IMG/VR virus record: IMGVR_UViG_3300031857_000047
Coordinates: 1 to 64,000 of that record
DNA length: 64,000 nucleotides
Origin: a virus
Reading direction: 5' to 3' (one strand)
Positions 18,376 to 28,452 of the stretch are shown here, piece by piece; positions within the stretch are counted from its first letter, which is position 1, and every line of letters starts with the position of its first letter. The notes beneath the pieces were generated by a model. The model did no database searches. It had not been told where the DNA came from and saw only the letters and a list, made by a program, of their open reading frames with translations. The translations under genes and the position numbers were made by a program.

Positions 18376-19805
18376 TTTTTACTCTTCTTAATTTTAGCAT
18401 TAGTTAAATTTTTATTAATAATGCCAATATGATGTGTAAAAAATTCTCCTAGCGGACTATATTGAATACTAAATTCGTTTGCACGATGAGATTCTTCAGC
18501 GAGCGGCCATTGTACGTGGGCCTTGCAATAGGATCTTCCTGGATATTTTTCCATTAATGATTCAAGCATGTGATTGTCATATGGTTGACGTAATTTGTGT
18601 ATTTCTCCGTTATACCAACCTTTAGAATATTCACTTATAAATGTTTGACAAAGTTCATGTTTGGTATTAAATGCAACTATGCCAGTTTCTAAATCTAGTG
18701 GGTTTCCGGGAACCAGTGTTGCCCAAATTTTATCTCGAGGATGTAATAGCTCAAGGGCTTTAGATTTAGAAAGATGACAATTGATAGAAATGTCAGTGTC
18801 TAACCATACAACTAGCCCTTTAAACCTACGTGCCGCCCATACTTGTGTACGACTCTTTTTCCAAAATCTATCAGCCTTAGTCCCGCCTAATCCTTCAGTT
18901 AACCAAGGATCGTTGGATGGGGCAACATCTTTCCAAAAATTGTAAACAGTGCCAAACCCTAAGTCAATTGGTTTATCATCCCAAACAAATACAACATCGC
19001 CTGGTAAATTTTTCCAAGAAGGTAGTGTAATGTTTCCTATATAGTTAAAGTAATCTCTAGACAAAGAGGTTACAAAAGTAATAGCAGATCTAGATTTAAG
19101 GTCTTGATTTACACTAATTTCTTTTGCATACTCTATGAGATAATCATACCAAACATCTCTGTATTCACAATTCTTATAATTTTCAAACCACGGACCGCCT
19201 TCAGTCCAATGATATGCAAAAGGCTTTCCGTCTTTAGATTCTTTATTCCAACCAACTAAGAAATTGTATCGTACATCCAATGATCCAATTTCATCATCCC
19301 TAAGCCATTGGAATCTATGAAGGTATGCACCAGATTCACGATTAACAATGTCTGCGGTAAGATTTAAATTTGACGCATGGCCACAGTTCCATAATATCAT
19401 TGAACTCCAATTTTTTCTAGGATATTGAGATTGTTTCTGTCCGTCCATTTTTGTATGTGTTGACGGAGTGTGATCATGTTTAACTACCATAACTGCTTTT
19501 GTAGGATCTGCTTGTTTAAAAATTTCTTGAATATCCCCATCCCATACAAAATCGCAATCACAAAATAATGCCCAACCATTATAATTTTGTAATACAGGAA
19601 CTAAAAATCTAGTAAATGTAAAATCAGTAGAACTTAATGGATCTGCATCTCTTGTATAATATCCCTGTGAGCGTAACATATCTTGCCGTAAAGGTTTAAC
19701 TTCAGCTTCTGGTGAATGTTTGTATATAGAATATTCACAAACTCTATAGGCAATATCTTCTCTAGCATCATAGCCTATGTATACCGGTAAAATATTACTT
19801 TCCAT
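18372..19805 (-). CDS. Two-domain glycosyltransferase (GT8-like N-domain plus second GT-A domain)
   Basis: STDFTFTRF, FCDCD, RKNWSS, HWTEGGPW; then RFWKK, WLDTD, ETG, YDNH. Confidence 0.75.
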   Translation of the reverse strand: MESNILPVYIGYDAREDIAYRVCEYSIYKHSPEAEVKPLRQDMLRSQGYYTRDADPLSSTDFTFTRFLVPVLQNYNGWALFCDCDFVWDGDIQEIFKQADPTKAVMVVKHDHTPSTHTKMDGQKQSQYPRKNWSSMILWNCGHASNLNLTADIVNRESGAYLHRFQWLRDDEIGSLDVRYNFLVGWNKESKDGKPFAYHWTEGGPWFENYKNCEYRDVWYDYLIEYAKEISVNQDLKSRSAITFVTSLSRDYFNYIGNITLPSWKNLPGDVVFVWDDKPIDLGFGTVYNFWKDVAPSNDPWLTEGLGGTKADRFWKKSRTQVWAARRFKGLVVWLDTDISINCHLSKSKALELLHPRDKIWATLVPGNPLDLETGIVAFNTKHELCQTFISEYSKGWYNGEIHKLRQPYDNHMLESLMEKYPGRSYCKAHVQWPLAEESHRANEFSIQYSPLGEFFTHHIGIINKNLTNAKIKKSKK

Positions 19806-20598
19806 TTAAACTTCTCCATGCTGTTCCATCTTTTAATTCTGATATATGAAATTGTCCATATGCTAGGTGTGAAGCCCAGGCTCGTACTAACCCTTCGTCG
19901 GGATATGCCGGAGTTTCTATCATACTTAAATCTTGTAGTGATACTGGCTTGGCAGCATGTGTTGGCGATAGCGTAAATGCAGGATACCCATACAATATTG
20001 CTTCAGTAGCAGCATTACTATTAAATGTTACTAGTGCATGTACATCATCGTCTAGAGCTTCTTTTAGTGTGTTAGTTATTACTCTATCCTGTCGACTCTT
20101 GACTCTATCTCGAATTTCAATTGGTCTATCTGTATATTTTTTAATGGTGTTTACTGTTTCTTCAACCCACTGATCTAGATCTAGATCGTAAAATTTCATT
20201 GGTTTTTCATCAGGTTTAGCAATTAAAATTTTACGGCCACCTTTTTTCCATTTATGAATAGGAATACGCAACTTATCAAATCTATCCGACGATCTAGGGA
20301 TAATTTTATCGTGTTGTAAATCATTTTTAACAATTCTGTGATAATATTTCCATCCCATGGGATTTAGTGGACCTTGCTGATTTCCTAAATAACCAGTGTC
20401 CATGAAATAAAAATCTCTGCCGCCTAACCAGCATTTTTGTATTATTTTCTTTTTAAGAATACCTCTCAACACAATAGGATCATCTGTTTCTGAATATTTA
20501 AAATCGTCAGTGTTAACTACTCGGCCACCTGAGCCTATAGCAAACATGTTAATATATTCGTCTTTGCCTTCTTTGCTTAAAAATATCCAGTTGTTCAT
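19795..20598 (-). CDS. KpsS/KpsC-like GT-B glycosyltransferase
   Basis: MDTGY, TDRPIEIR, TFNSNAATEAILYGYP, QF...EL..G; likely start MNNW. Confidence 0.58.
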   Translation of the reverse strand: MNNWIFLSKEGKDEYINMFAIGSGGRVVNTDDFKYSETDDPIVLRGILKKKIIQKCWLGGRDFYFMDTGYLGNQQGPLNPMGWKYYHRIVKNDLQHDKIIPRSSDRFDKLRIPIHKWKKGGRKILIAKPDEKPMKFYDLDLDQWVEETVNTIKKYTDRPIEIRDRVKSRQDRVITNTLKEALDDDVHALVTFNSNAATEAILYGYPAFTLSPTHAAKPVSLQDLSMIETPAYPDEGLVRAWASHLAYGQFHISELKDGTAWRSLNGK

Positions 20599-21362
20599 AA
20601 ACGTTCTATGTCCTCTTCGATACATAATTGTCCGTACTGTATTTCTACGATCTTACAGGGAACATCAAACGGATTAGTTAATTGATGCCAGTCGGTTAAT
20701 GGAATTTTAAACTCTTGATGTCGTTCTAATTCTTTTGAAGGTAGTTTATATCCATTAGGCATCATGCTATTAACTACACATTGACCTTCACTAACTATCC
20801 AGTATTCTGCACGTAATTGATGTCGTTGCATACTAAGACTTTTACCTGGATCAACAGTTAGCTCTTTAACTTTCATTCCATCTACTTCATGCAGTACACG
20901 ATAATAACCCCACGGGCGTTCAGTCTTAGGAGCTTTCCATTCTTGTAGAATCCACGAACTAGAATTCATTTTATGTTCGCCGCCTACGCCAAATACAAAT
21001 TCTAAATGAAGCATTTCCTCAAGTAGATCCATTTCTGGGATATTTTCTTTTGTTCTATCGCCGCCGTTGGCAAAGATTATTCGAGCACTTGGGTCTATTG
21101 CTCTAACTTTTCTAATAGCATCTTTGGCACTTCCGTCTGCATCGTCAAAATTGATAACTCGATCTACGTCTTTAATAGCATTTAGTATGTTGGCACGTTC
21201 TTCCCAAGGCATAAACTCTTGCCCTTTCTTACGGCGTAGCCAGGCGTCGGAGTTTGCACCCACGATTAATACATCACCTAGCTTTTTGGCCTCTTTAATA
21301 TAGTTGATATGTCCGGAGTGAATTGGATCAAATCCACCTGTTGCAATTACAATTGTTTTCAT
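20595..21362 (-). CDS. Cytidylyltransferase-like (HxGH; RfaE/TagD type) fused to a ManC-type cupin
   Basis: GGFDPIHSGH, ANGGDR, then RPWG...LSMQRH..RAEYW...EIQYG..EEDIER. Confidence 0.85.
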   Translation of the reverse strand: MKTIVIATGGFDPIHSGHINYIKEAKKLGDVLIVGANSDAWLRRKKGQEFMPWEERANILNAIKDVDRVINFDDADGSAKDAIRKVRAIDPSARIIFANGGDRTKENIPEMDLLEEMLHLEFVFGVGGEHKMNSSSWILQEWKAPKTERPWGYYRVLHEVDGMKVKELTVDPGKSLSMQRHQLRAEYWIVSEGQCVVNSMMPNGYKLPSKELERHQEFKIPLTDWHQLTNPFDVPCKIVEIQYGQLCIEEDIERL

Positions 21363-21871
21363 ATTTTTTGTCCAACAAATACATGATCATTCCATTTTCT
21401 AGAAGCCTTATCGTACGCAATGTCAATCCAGTCTGCAACTATTTTTAAGTTTGTTTCTTCAGCAATTGCTTTAAATCCGTCGTCCATGAATCTCCAACAA
21501 TCAATAACATCATGTCTTGGTCCTGTACTAGGGGCTATACAAATTATAAATCCAGATGATTTTACAACTCGTTTCATCTCGTGCATTAATCTAAATGGAT
21601 TTTTTACATGTTCTAATGTTTGACCGCTAACAACTATGTCATAAAAATTATCATCAGCTGGTATAGAATACGGTTCAGGCATAACGTGAGTAACGTTTTC
21701 GCCAGCTACTATATCAGCAATATGATAGGTTGTAGAAATATCTTTAAAAATATGATAATATGATCGATCCCCTCCTAACCCACGGCCGCCAACATCTAAC
21801 ACAGTTAAATTATTATTTAAATTTAAAAGTGCTACTGCCTTTTTCATATTATCAATTGACGAAGGATGCAT
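21359..21871 (-). CDS. Class I SAM methyltransferase (type 11-like)
   Basis: VLDVGG, DIVVSGQTLEH, DCWRF. Confidence 0.8.
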   Translation of the reverse strand: MHPSSIDNMKKAVALLNLNNNLTVLDVGGRGLGGDRSYYHIFKDISTTYHIADIVAGENVTHVMPEPYSIPADDNFYDIVVSGQTLEHVKNPFRLMHEMKRVVKSSGFIICIAPSTGPRHDVIDCWRFMDDGFKAIAEETNLKIVADWIDIAYDKASRKWNDHVFVGQKI

Positions 21872-21872
21872 A

Positions 21873-22466
21873 TTATACCAACTCTTTTTTTATTTGTTCA
21901 AATGAAACTAATGGCAATTTATTCCAATTATTAAAATAAAATTCCCAAGTACTTCCAACTTCTATTTTATTTTTTGTTGTAGGAGTTTTAAACACTATAC
22001 CGCAACCGTTGTCGATCAATACTAATTTAAATTCAATATCTTCTCTATTAGCAAGGTCAAACGCTAGTCGCCAAACATCACCCAACCATATTTGTTTTTT
22101 TAAAGGAATTGGAATAACTGCTTCTTCTTCGCTTATTGGCAGCATATCATGTAAAATAATAATTCCACCCGGATTTAAACATTCTAGCGCATTATTTAGA
22201 TCGTTACTAACTTGTTCATAATAATGTAATCCGTCAATAAACACAACATCGAATGTTTCTGTGTTTTGTTTAAAAAACTCATCGCTGTACATTCGATGTG
22301 TGCCACCTCTTACAGGATCTACACCCACTTTATGTTCACATGCAACATTATTAAAAACTTTATTTTTATCGCAACCTATTTCTAAATATTTTTTAGATTT
22401 AGTTTTTTTAATTGCTAGGTCAATCAGATCAATTCTCGATTCTTTAGTAAATGGTATTTTTAACAT
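21873..22466 (-). CDS. Class I SAM methyltransferase (Methyltransf_24-like)
   Basis: YLEIG, FDVVFIDGLH, LHD, GDVW. Confidence 0.8.
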   Translation of the reverse strand: MLKIPFTKESRIDLIDLAIKKTKSKKYLEIGCDKNKVFNNVACEHKVGVDPVRGGTHRMYSDEFFKQNTETFDVVFIDGLHYYEQVSNDLNNALECLNPGGIIILHDMLPISEEEAVIPIPLKKQIWLGDVWRLAFDLANREDIEFKLVLIDNGCGIVFKTPTTKNKIEVGSTWEFYFNNWNKLPLVSFEQIKKELV

Positions 22467-22540
22467 TTGGTCCTCATATATTTCTTTTTTTATTTATTTA
22501 GATAATATGCCCACTAAATATAAATTAAATAAGGACAGTT

Positions 22541-23314
22541 ATGAAAATTGGTATTTTTGGATTAGGATATGTAGGATCAGCAGTTGCATGGACACACAGA
22601 CACCACAAAGTTGTTGCTCGTGATCCAAAATTAGGAGACAACTCTGCTTCTTTAGAAGAAATTAAAACTTGCGATGCAGTTTATATCTGTGTTCCTACTC
22701 CTATGTTAGAAGACGGCCATTGTGATGACAGTTTTGTAAAATCTGTACTAGCAGAATTAATAGATTACAATAATATTATTATTTGTAAAAGTACAGTACC
22801 GCCGGGCGTTTATGCGTATCTTGAAAGTAAATATCCTAACATTGTTCATGCTCCTGAATTTTTAACAGCGGCAAATGCTACGGCCGATTACGAATCAGCA
22901 ACGTGGGTGTTAGTAGGTGGTAAAGACAAAAATGTAGAACAAGCAATAAAAATAATTTCTACTAGTACTGTTGCTGCAACACATTATCATAGAACTAATA
23001 TTACAACAGCATCGATGTTCAAATATTTGGCCAATTCTTTTATGGCTACAAAAGTAACATTTATGAACGAGTTCTATCAGTTAGCGAAACACTTTAATGT
23101 TAATTGGGAAGACATTAAAGAAATAGCTAAAAATGACACTAGACTAGGACACACGCATTGGGATGTTCCAGGGCCCGACGGCAAGTTTGGATTCGGTGGC
23201 GCATGTTTTCCAAAAGATGTTGCAGCCATTTGCGAACAAGCCATTGACGCTGGCATGAGTTTGGAATTGTTAGAGCGTGTTGAAACTATTAACAAACGAC
23301 ATAGGTCACTTTAA
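22541..23314 (+). CDS. UDP-glucose/GDP-mannose 6-dehydrogenase family (short form)
   Basis: GLGYVG, CVPTP, KSTVPPG, PEFL, GFGGACFPKD. Confidence 0.88.
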   Translation: MKIGIFGLGYVGSAVAWTHRHHKVVARDPKLGDNSASLEEIKTCDAVYICVPTPMLEDGHCDDSFVKSVLAELIDYNNIIICKSTVPPGVYAYLESKYPNIVHAPEFLTAANATADYESATWVLVGGKDKNVEQAIKIISTSTVAATHYHRTNITTASMFKYLANSFMATKVTFMNEFYQLAKHFNVNWEDIKEIAKNDTRLGHTHWDVPGPDGKFGFGGACFPKDVAAICEQAIDAGMSLELLERVETINKRHRSL

Positions 23315-24205
23315 CAGTTCTCTTTTAACATATTCTTCAATATTTTTAGTTGGCGCCCATCCTAGCACTTTTTTAATTTTAGTATTGTCGGCTAGAGTAA
23401 TATATGCCTCACCTAGTCTAGGCTCGATCATGGTTGTTTGGTCAGAAATCATTGCCGCAAGTTCTAATACAGAATGATTAGTGCCAGTTCCTACATTAAA
23501 TATCTCTCCGTAATGATTGTGTTCAACAGTCATTGCTAGAATGTTTGCATTTACTACATCGTCTACATGAGTAAAATCTCTACGTTGTGTTCCGTCAGGA
23601 ACAACAGTTAACACTTCGCTAGCTCTAAATTGTCGCAAAAATAATCCGACTACCGGTGCATATGGTCCTTTAATAGGCTCTCTAGGACCGTAAACATTAA
23701 AATATCTAAAAGTTACAGTTTTAACTCCAAATAATTTGGTGTACATAGCACAGATTTTTTCACCTGATACTTTAGAAACAGAATAGGGATTTAAACAATC
23801 ATCTGGCATTGTTTCGTTTAATGGCGGCTTGTTTGCTAAACCGTATGCCGACGAGGTTGAAGAATACATTACTTTTTTTACATTATTTTCTCTCGAACAC
23901 TGTAATACTGTAGTTGTTCCTACTACATTAGTTCTAACAGCTCCTAAAGGATTTAAAATTGTAGGTTGTATCCTTGATTCAGCAGCACAATGAAATACGT
24001 AGTCAACATTCCTATATAAATCTTTAGTTAATCCATAATCAGCAATATCATATTTGTAATATAGCGCATTGCTATTATGATAGAAATGTTCGTGAACTCC
24101 TGAACTTTCGTTATCTATTACAATAACTTCGTGCCCTAATGTAATCAATTTATCTACAATGTGTGATCCTATAAATCCTGCGCCACCGGTTACTAAAGAT
24201 TTCAT
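23306..24205 (-). CDS. NAD-dependent epimerase/dehydratase
   Basis: TGGAGFIG, YSVSK, RYFNVYG, RDFTHV. Confidence 0.9.
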   Translation of the reverse strand: MKSLVTGGAGFIGSHIVDKLITLGHEVIVIDNESSGVHEHFYHNSNALYYKYDIADYGLTKDLYRNVDYVFHCAAESRIQPTILNPLGAVRTNVVGTTTVLQCSRENNVKKVMYSSTSSAYGLANKPPLNETMPDDCLNPYSVSKVSGEKICAMYTKLFGVKTVTFRYFNVYGPREPIKGPYAPVVGLFLRQFRASEVLTVVPDGTQRRDFTHVDDVVNANILAMTVEHNHYGEIFNVGTGTNHSVLELAAMISDQTTMIEPRLGEAYITLADNTKIKKVLGWAPTKNIEEYVKRELLK

Positions 24206-24268
24206 TATTCGTCCTTTAAATTATACAAGTATTTATTTAGATGATAAGTACTAGGTTATGAGAATTCT

Positions 24269-24907
24269 ATGAAAAAATTAATATTTCAAATTAATGTTCC
24301 AAATTATATAAAAACAGACATTGTTACTACCTACACGTTTCACTCGGAAATGTATCATGTTAGTGAAACAAAAGCAAGAGAATATGCTAAAAAATGTGGC
24401 GCCGATTACTACTTGTTAACTAATCCGTCTGATTATGCGCCGGCAACAAATAGACATTTAGATTATCAAAAATTAAAAGCGTTTGATTTTGTTAATTATG
24501 ATTCTATAATTTATTTTGATTCTGATTATATCATTAAAAATAATGCGCCAAATTTATTTGACCTCTGTGGTAATAAATTTCATGCTGTGCCTGATCAAGG
24601 AAAATCTGTAGAAAATTTAGCATTAACACTGTCTATGCCTCGTGAGAGATATTTCAATGCAGGGTTTATGTACTTGACAAAAGATATATTAAATGCTACA
24701 CGGAACCAAATATCTAAATATTTAGAGGTAGAATACGAACTGCACGGCCAAGGATTGTTAAATAAAATGTTTTTTGATAATAACATTCAATTTACTCCGT
24801 TAGATTTTAGAGAATGGAATCCAGTAAAACGCACTTTTGGTCTTTACGCAGATCACTACGCTGGAAAACGTAAAGAGAGGTGGGGGCAAGCAAACTATGA
24901 TAATTAA
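24269..24907 (+). CDS. Glycosyltransferase family 8-like
   Basis: YFDSD, YFNAG, QGLLN, HYAG. Confidence 0.75.
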   Translation: MKKLIFQINVPNYIKTDIVTTYTFHSEMYHVSETKAREYAKKCGADYYLLTNPSDYAPATNRHLDYQKLKAFDFVNYDSIIYFDSDYIIKNNAPNLFDLCGNKFHAVPDQGKSVENLALTLSMPRERYFNAGFMYLTKDILNATRNQISKYLEVEYELHGQGLLNKMFFDNNIQFTPLDFREWNPVKRTFGLYADHYAGKRKERWGQANYDN

Positions 24908-25514
24908 TGCTCAGCCAAAGGCGTTTGTTATAACAATCCCCAATCATCCTCATAGTCAACATCTAAGTGATCAATGTATTGAATCGGGCACATTATTTGG
25001 TTGGAGTCTTAAAAAATTTGATGCTATCAATGGCTATAATTTATCAATAAACGATTGGGATTACTATAATATACGATTACCAGAAAACATCAAAGGCGAG
25101 AGATCAAAATTTTTAAAAAGAAAAGGAGTTCAAGGATGTTTTTTAAGTCATTACTTATTATGGAAAACATCTATCGATATAAATGAACCGATTATTGTCT
25201 TAGAACACGATGCAATTATTACTGATTTTTGGAAACCAATAGAAGTATCTACTGATGTTCTAAAATTGTTTAGTATATCATATTCAAGTGTCAAAGACGA
25301 CATGTTTACCGGAACATGGCAAGTAGGTGCTCAAGCATATATTATTACTCCTAATGGAGCTGCTAAACTAATAACATGGATAGATGAAAATTTTGCATAT
25401 CATGCAGATACATTATTAGGAAATAAAATTATAACATGGCAAAATTATAATAGAGATTTAATAGTATTGAATAATAATAATATATCTACTACCAACTTTA
25501 AAAGAAAAAAATAA
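24897..25514 (+). CDS. Glycosyltransferase family 25
   Basis: GCFLSH..LW, LEHDA, GAQAYIITP.GA.KL; likely start MIINA. Confidence 0.8.
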   Translation: MIINAQPKAFVITIPNHPHSQHLSDQCIESGTLFGWSLKKFDAINGYNLSINDWDYYNIRLPENIKGERSKFLKRKGVQGCFLSHYLLWKTSIDINEPIIVLEHDAIITDFWKPIEVSTDVLKLFSISYSSVKDDMFTGTWQVGAQAYIITPNGAAKLITWIDENFAYHADTLLGNKIITWQNYNRDLIVLNNNNISTTNFKRKK

Positions 25515-25517
25515 TTT

Positions 25518-25973
25518 TTAAAGAGATGCGTCTTCTAATCCAGCTGTTCTAAGTTTAACAATGTTTGATAATTGCCATTGTTTAATGTCTAATGCTTTGA
25601 TAATGCCTAACCACTTGTTGCGTAGAAGAGCAAAGTCATTGATAATTTTTTCAAAGTCTACCACGTCAGCTTCGCCTTCTACAAACTTTTCACAGTCTCT
25701 AGAGCTTAACTGACGTTGGTAGTTTTCAAGATATTTACGGAAGTGTTGACTACGAAGTCTACGAAGTTCAATATTAAGATATTCTAAAATACCTTCAATT
25801 TCTTGAAGTTGGTTAAATCGATTCTCTACAATGCCGGGCATTTGCGCAGAGGCCTTCTCGATGTTTCCCGCTACGCGGACATCTTGTTTTGCTTGAATTA
25901 ATTCAGCTTCATAATAAGCCACAGCATCAGGAATGTTTGAAATATCCTTAGAGACTCGATCATACCAATTCAT
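25518..25973 (-). CDS. uvsY: Recombination mediator UvsY-like
   Basis: Helical ~150 aa, GIIKALDIKQWQLSNIVKLR C-terminus, next to uvsX. Confidence 0.75.
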   Translation of the reverse strand: MNWYDRVSKDISNIPDAVAYYEAELIQAKQDVRVAGNIEKASAQMPGIVENRFNQLQEIEGILEYLNIELRRLRSQHFRKYLENYQRQLSSRDCEKFVEGEADVVDFEKIINDFALLRNKWLGIIKALDIKQWQLSNIVKLRTAGLEDASL

Positions 25974-26216
25974 TTATTCCTCATCTTCGTCGTAGTAATC
26001 TTCTTCTACGTCGTCTTCAACTTCTTCACCATCAATACTGTACTCGATCGCAGTATCTAAATATGGGTCAACTCCTAAAAGGCTTTCAAGAGTAGATTCT
26101 TTGATACCATAATCCAATAGTGTATTAACAAAGTCGGCAGCTAAGTCTTTTCTGTGTTTCTCTGGAATATGTTCAATAACCAATGTCCAGATATCAGCAA
26201 TTAAATCGTCTTTCAT
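25974..26216 (-). CDS. Acidic hypothetical protein
   Basis: 80-aa ORF coupled to uvsX. Confidence 0.65.
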   Translation of the reverse strand: MKDDLIADIWTLVIEHIPEKHRKDLAADFVNTLLDYGIKESTLESLLGVDPYLDTAIEYSIDGEEVEDDVEEDYYDEDEE

Positions 26217-27292
26217 TCGTTGACCTCCAAGTCTGATTCAACTGTAGTAGTTATCTCAGAAGTGGAAATTTCACCGTGTTTTGAAATGTCTGCCATTGCA
26301 ATATCCAATCCATCTTTCTCATTCTTTTCCCATGCCTTGCGGAATTGTTTGATGATTTCGCCGTCCTTGGTAGTGTAGACAAGACTGTTTCCTTCTTTCT
26401 TAAGCAGACCTTTAGCTTCAAACAGATCGACTAATCCACTATAAGGACTCATACCTGTTTCGTAAGGAATCTCCACCTGTACACTTTCAAACGGCTTTGC
26501 ATAACGAGTCTTCATGATCTTACAGGCAGCACGAATGCCTTGTACTGTAGTGGTCTTGTTGCCGTCTGCATCAAGTTTCAGTTTTAATTTACGCATAGCA
26601 ACCACAATGGAACTTGCGTAGATGAAACCTTGTCCGCCACTGATCTTGTCATCGGGATCAAACATATCCTGACTAGCGTATGTGTGATTGGTACATACCA
26701 TACCAATATTATAAGCGCCAAACATATTAACACAATTACGAACAAGTGCTGTTAATGCTTTAGGCTTACGACCCATGTCACCTTTCAAGTCACCTGCTTG
26801 GAACTGATTAATGTCAGTTGGCGTTAACAACATACCCAACGAATCAATAATGAATAGTACCTTAGGACGATCTGCCTCATCCATAGTTTTGTATTCTGCA
26901 ATAAATTCTGTAATAGTTTTTGCCACGTCGTCAATCATGGCCATGTTAAGTTTCAACAACTTTTCTGGACTTGTATCTACACCAAGTGCGTGTAGCCATG
27001 CTTCGTCGAGTGCGTTTTCAGTATCAATCAAAATAGGATAGATACCAGCTTGCTGTGCGTTCTTTACTAGGTTGCCTGAACAGATAAACGATTTACCTGC
27101 ACCTGATTCACCAGCAAATACAGTGACCTTGCCCAGAGGAATACCTCTATTAAAGTCTCCGCTGATAAGATAGTTTAATGCGTAGTTGTTTGTACTAACC
27201 CAATCAGTTGGGTCGTTAAAGCCAATACTAAGTCCATCGATACTCTTAGTTATTGACTTTCTAAATTTAGAAATATCAAATGCTTTTGCCAT
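26213..27292 (-). CDS. uvsX: RecA-like recombinase UvsX
   Basis: GESGAGKS, IDTENA, IIDSLG, SGG.GF.YASS. Confidence 0.92.
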   Translation of the reverse strand: MAKAFDISKFRKSITKSIDGLSIGFNDPTDWVSTNNYALNYLISGDFNRGIPLGKVTVFAGESGAGKSFICSGNLVKNAQQAGIYPILIDTENALDEAWLHALGVDTSPEKLLKLNMAMIDDVAKTITEFIAEYKTMDEADRPKVLFIIDSLGMLLTPTDINQFQAGDLKGDMGRKPKALTALVRNCVNMFGAYNIGMVCTNHTYASQDMFDPDDKISGGQGFIYASSIVVAMRKLKLKLDADGNKTTTVQGIRAACKIMKTRYAKPFESVQVEIPYETGMSPYSGLVDLFEAKGLLKKEGNSLVYTTKDGEIIKQFRKAWEKNEKDGLDIAMADISKHGEISTSEITTTVESDLEVNE

Positions 27293-27309
27293 ATTATTAT
27301 GCCTTATTG

Positions 27310-27339
27310 AAAAAAGAGTGCGAGATTGACCCGCACTCT
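27310..27339 (-). terminator. Rho-independent terminator after gp32
   Basis: agagtgcg...cgcactct stem followed by a U tract on the minus strand. Confidence 0.75.
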
Positions 27340-27352
27340 ATGTTTAGCTAAA

Positions 27353-28333
27353 TTACTTCTGACGGTTGCGAATCATGGCAAGGATGTCTTGCGCACGACT
27401 TGCACCTTCAGTTGAAGCTGCTGGCGCCGCTGCCGTAGGCTTGGCTACCGGAGCAGGCTCCTCATCAAAATCTTCACTGGCTTTAGCAGCCGGTGTTGAT
27501 GTATTAGCTGTTGCACGATGTGGATCACCTGTTGCGGCTCCCATACCTGCTGGCTTAAAATATTGACCCCAACGATCCATGTCATATGCTTCACCGTCAA
27601 CTGACGCTTCAAACATTTCTTTCATGACCTTGAGTTCAACGTCAGTTGGCTTCTTGGGCAAGAAGTCTGACAGATTGTGCAGTTGATGTGCCTCTAATGC
27701 TGCCGCTTCAACTTCGGTCAATGAACGCTCACGACGGCTCCACTTTGATGTAGAATAATCAGCAAAGCCACCTTTCGATGTCTTGGCAATACGGAAGTCT
27801 ACACCCTTGAGGTAGTCAGTTGGCAATTCTTCCAACTCTGGATCCATCAAAGCTGAACGAATGATTTGATAAATCTGTGGACCGATAATGAATCGACGGA
27901 TTGGATTTTCTGGTTTCTTATCTTCACCGATTGGATCTTCAACAACGAAGCCTTGGAAAATGTATGAACGCTTCTTCCAGTACTTGCGACCCATTTCTTC
28001 CAAACTCTTATCCTTGAACCAGCCACGTACTTCTGAAAGGATAGGACAAACTGAACCGTCGTTGTACATTTCCACGCAAGGTACTTGTACCTGCACTGGA
28101 CGACTGTCTGTTTCACCTTTGATGCCTGCGAACGGCAATTTGATCATTGCACGTTCTACCCAGAAAAACGTATTGGCTGAGTTGCCATCGGGTAGCAAAC
28201 GGATAACCGCTTCCTTGCCTTCTTGCATGTTCCAATGTGGGTAAATTGCGTTGTCTCCACCGCCGGTGGATTGTCCTGTGGACTTTGATTGTGCTTCTTG
28301 AAGTTTCGCACGGATTTCTGCTAATGTAGCCAT
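27353..28333 (-). CDS. 32: Single-stranded DNA-binding protein (T4 gp32-like)
   Basis: AVIRLLPDG, CVE...CPI, YWKKRSY, GVDFRIAKT..GGFADYSTSKW, low-complexity tail. Confidence 0.88.
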   Translation of the reverse strand: MATLAEIRAKLQEAQSKSTGQSTGGGDNAIYPHWNMQEGKEAVIRLLPDGNSANTFFWVERAMIKLPFAGIKGETDSRPVQVQVPCVEMYNDGSVCPILSEVRGWFKDKSLEEMGRKYWKKRSYIFQGFVVEDPIGEDKKPENPIRRFIIGPQIYQIIRSALMDPELEELPTDYLKGVDFRIAKTSKGGFADYSTSKWSRRERSLTEVEAAALEAHQLHNLSDFLPKKPTDVELKVMKEMFEASVDGEAYDMDRWGQYFKPAGMGAATGDPHRATANTSTPAAKASEDFDEEPAPVAKPTAAAPAASTEGASRAQDILAMIRNRQK

Positions 28334-28396
28334 TTTATATGCCTCCTATGTTATGCCTAAAATGTTTATATGCCTTATGCACATGTATTATTATGC
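28334..28396 (-). repeat. GCATA direct repeats (three as AGGCATA) in the gp32 leader
   Basis: Plus strand: tttatatgcct 28334-44 and 28365-75, ttatgcct 28351-58, ttatgc 28375-80 and 28391-96. Confidence 0.7.
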
Positions 28397-28418
28397 GCTT
28401 TTTATTTATCAAGGTCAA
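28390..28418 (-). promoter_or_regulatory. Nested gp32 promoters: sigma70 TTGACC-N17-CATAAT with TAAATA (28403-28408) in the spacer
   Basis: Read directly. Confidence 0.6.
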
Positions 28419-28452
28419 TGATTATCTGCTATTTTTTTAATATTATTTTGCC

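Noticed and set aside
28334-28396. Mini CRISPR array
   Set aside because: Repeats are only 6-11 nt with short irregular spacing, and there are no cas genes
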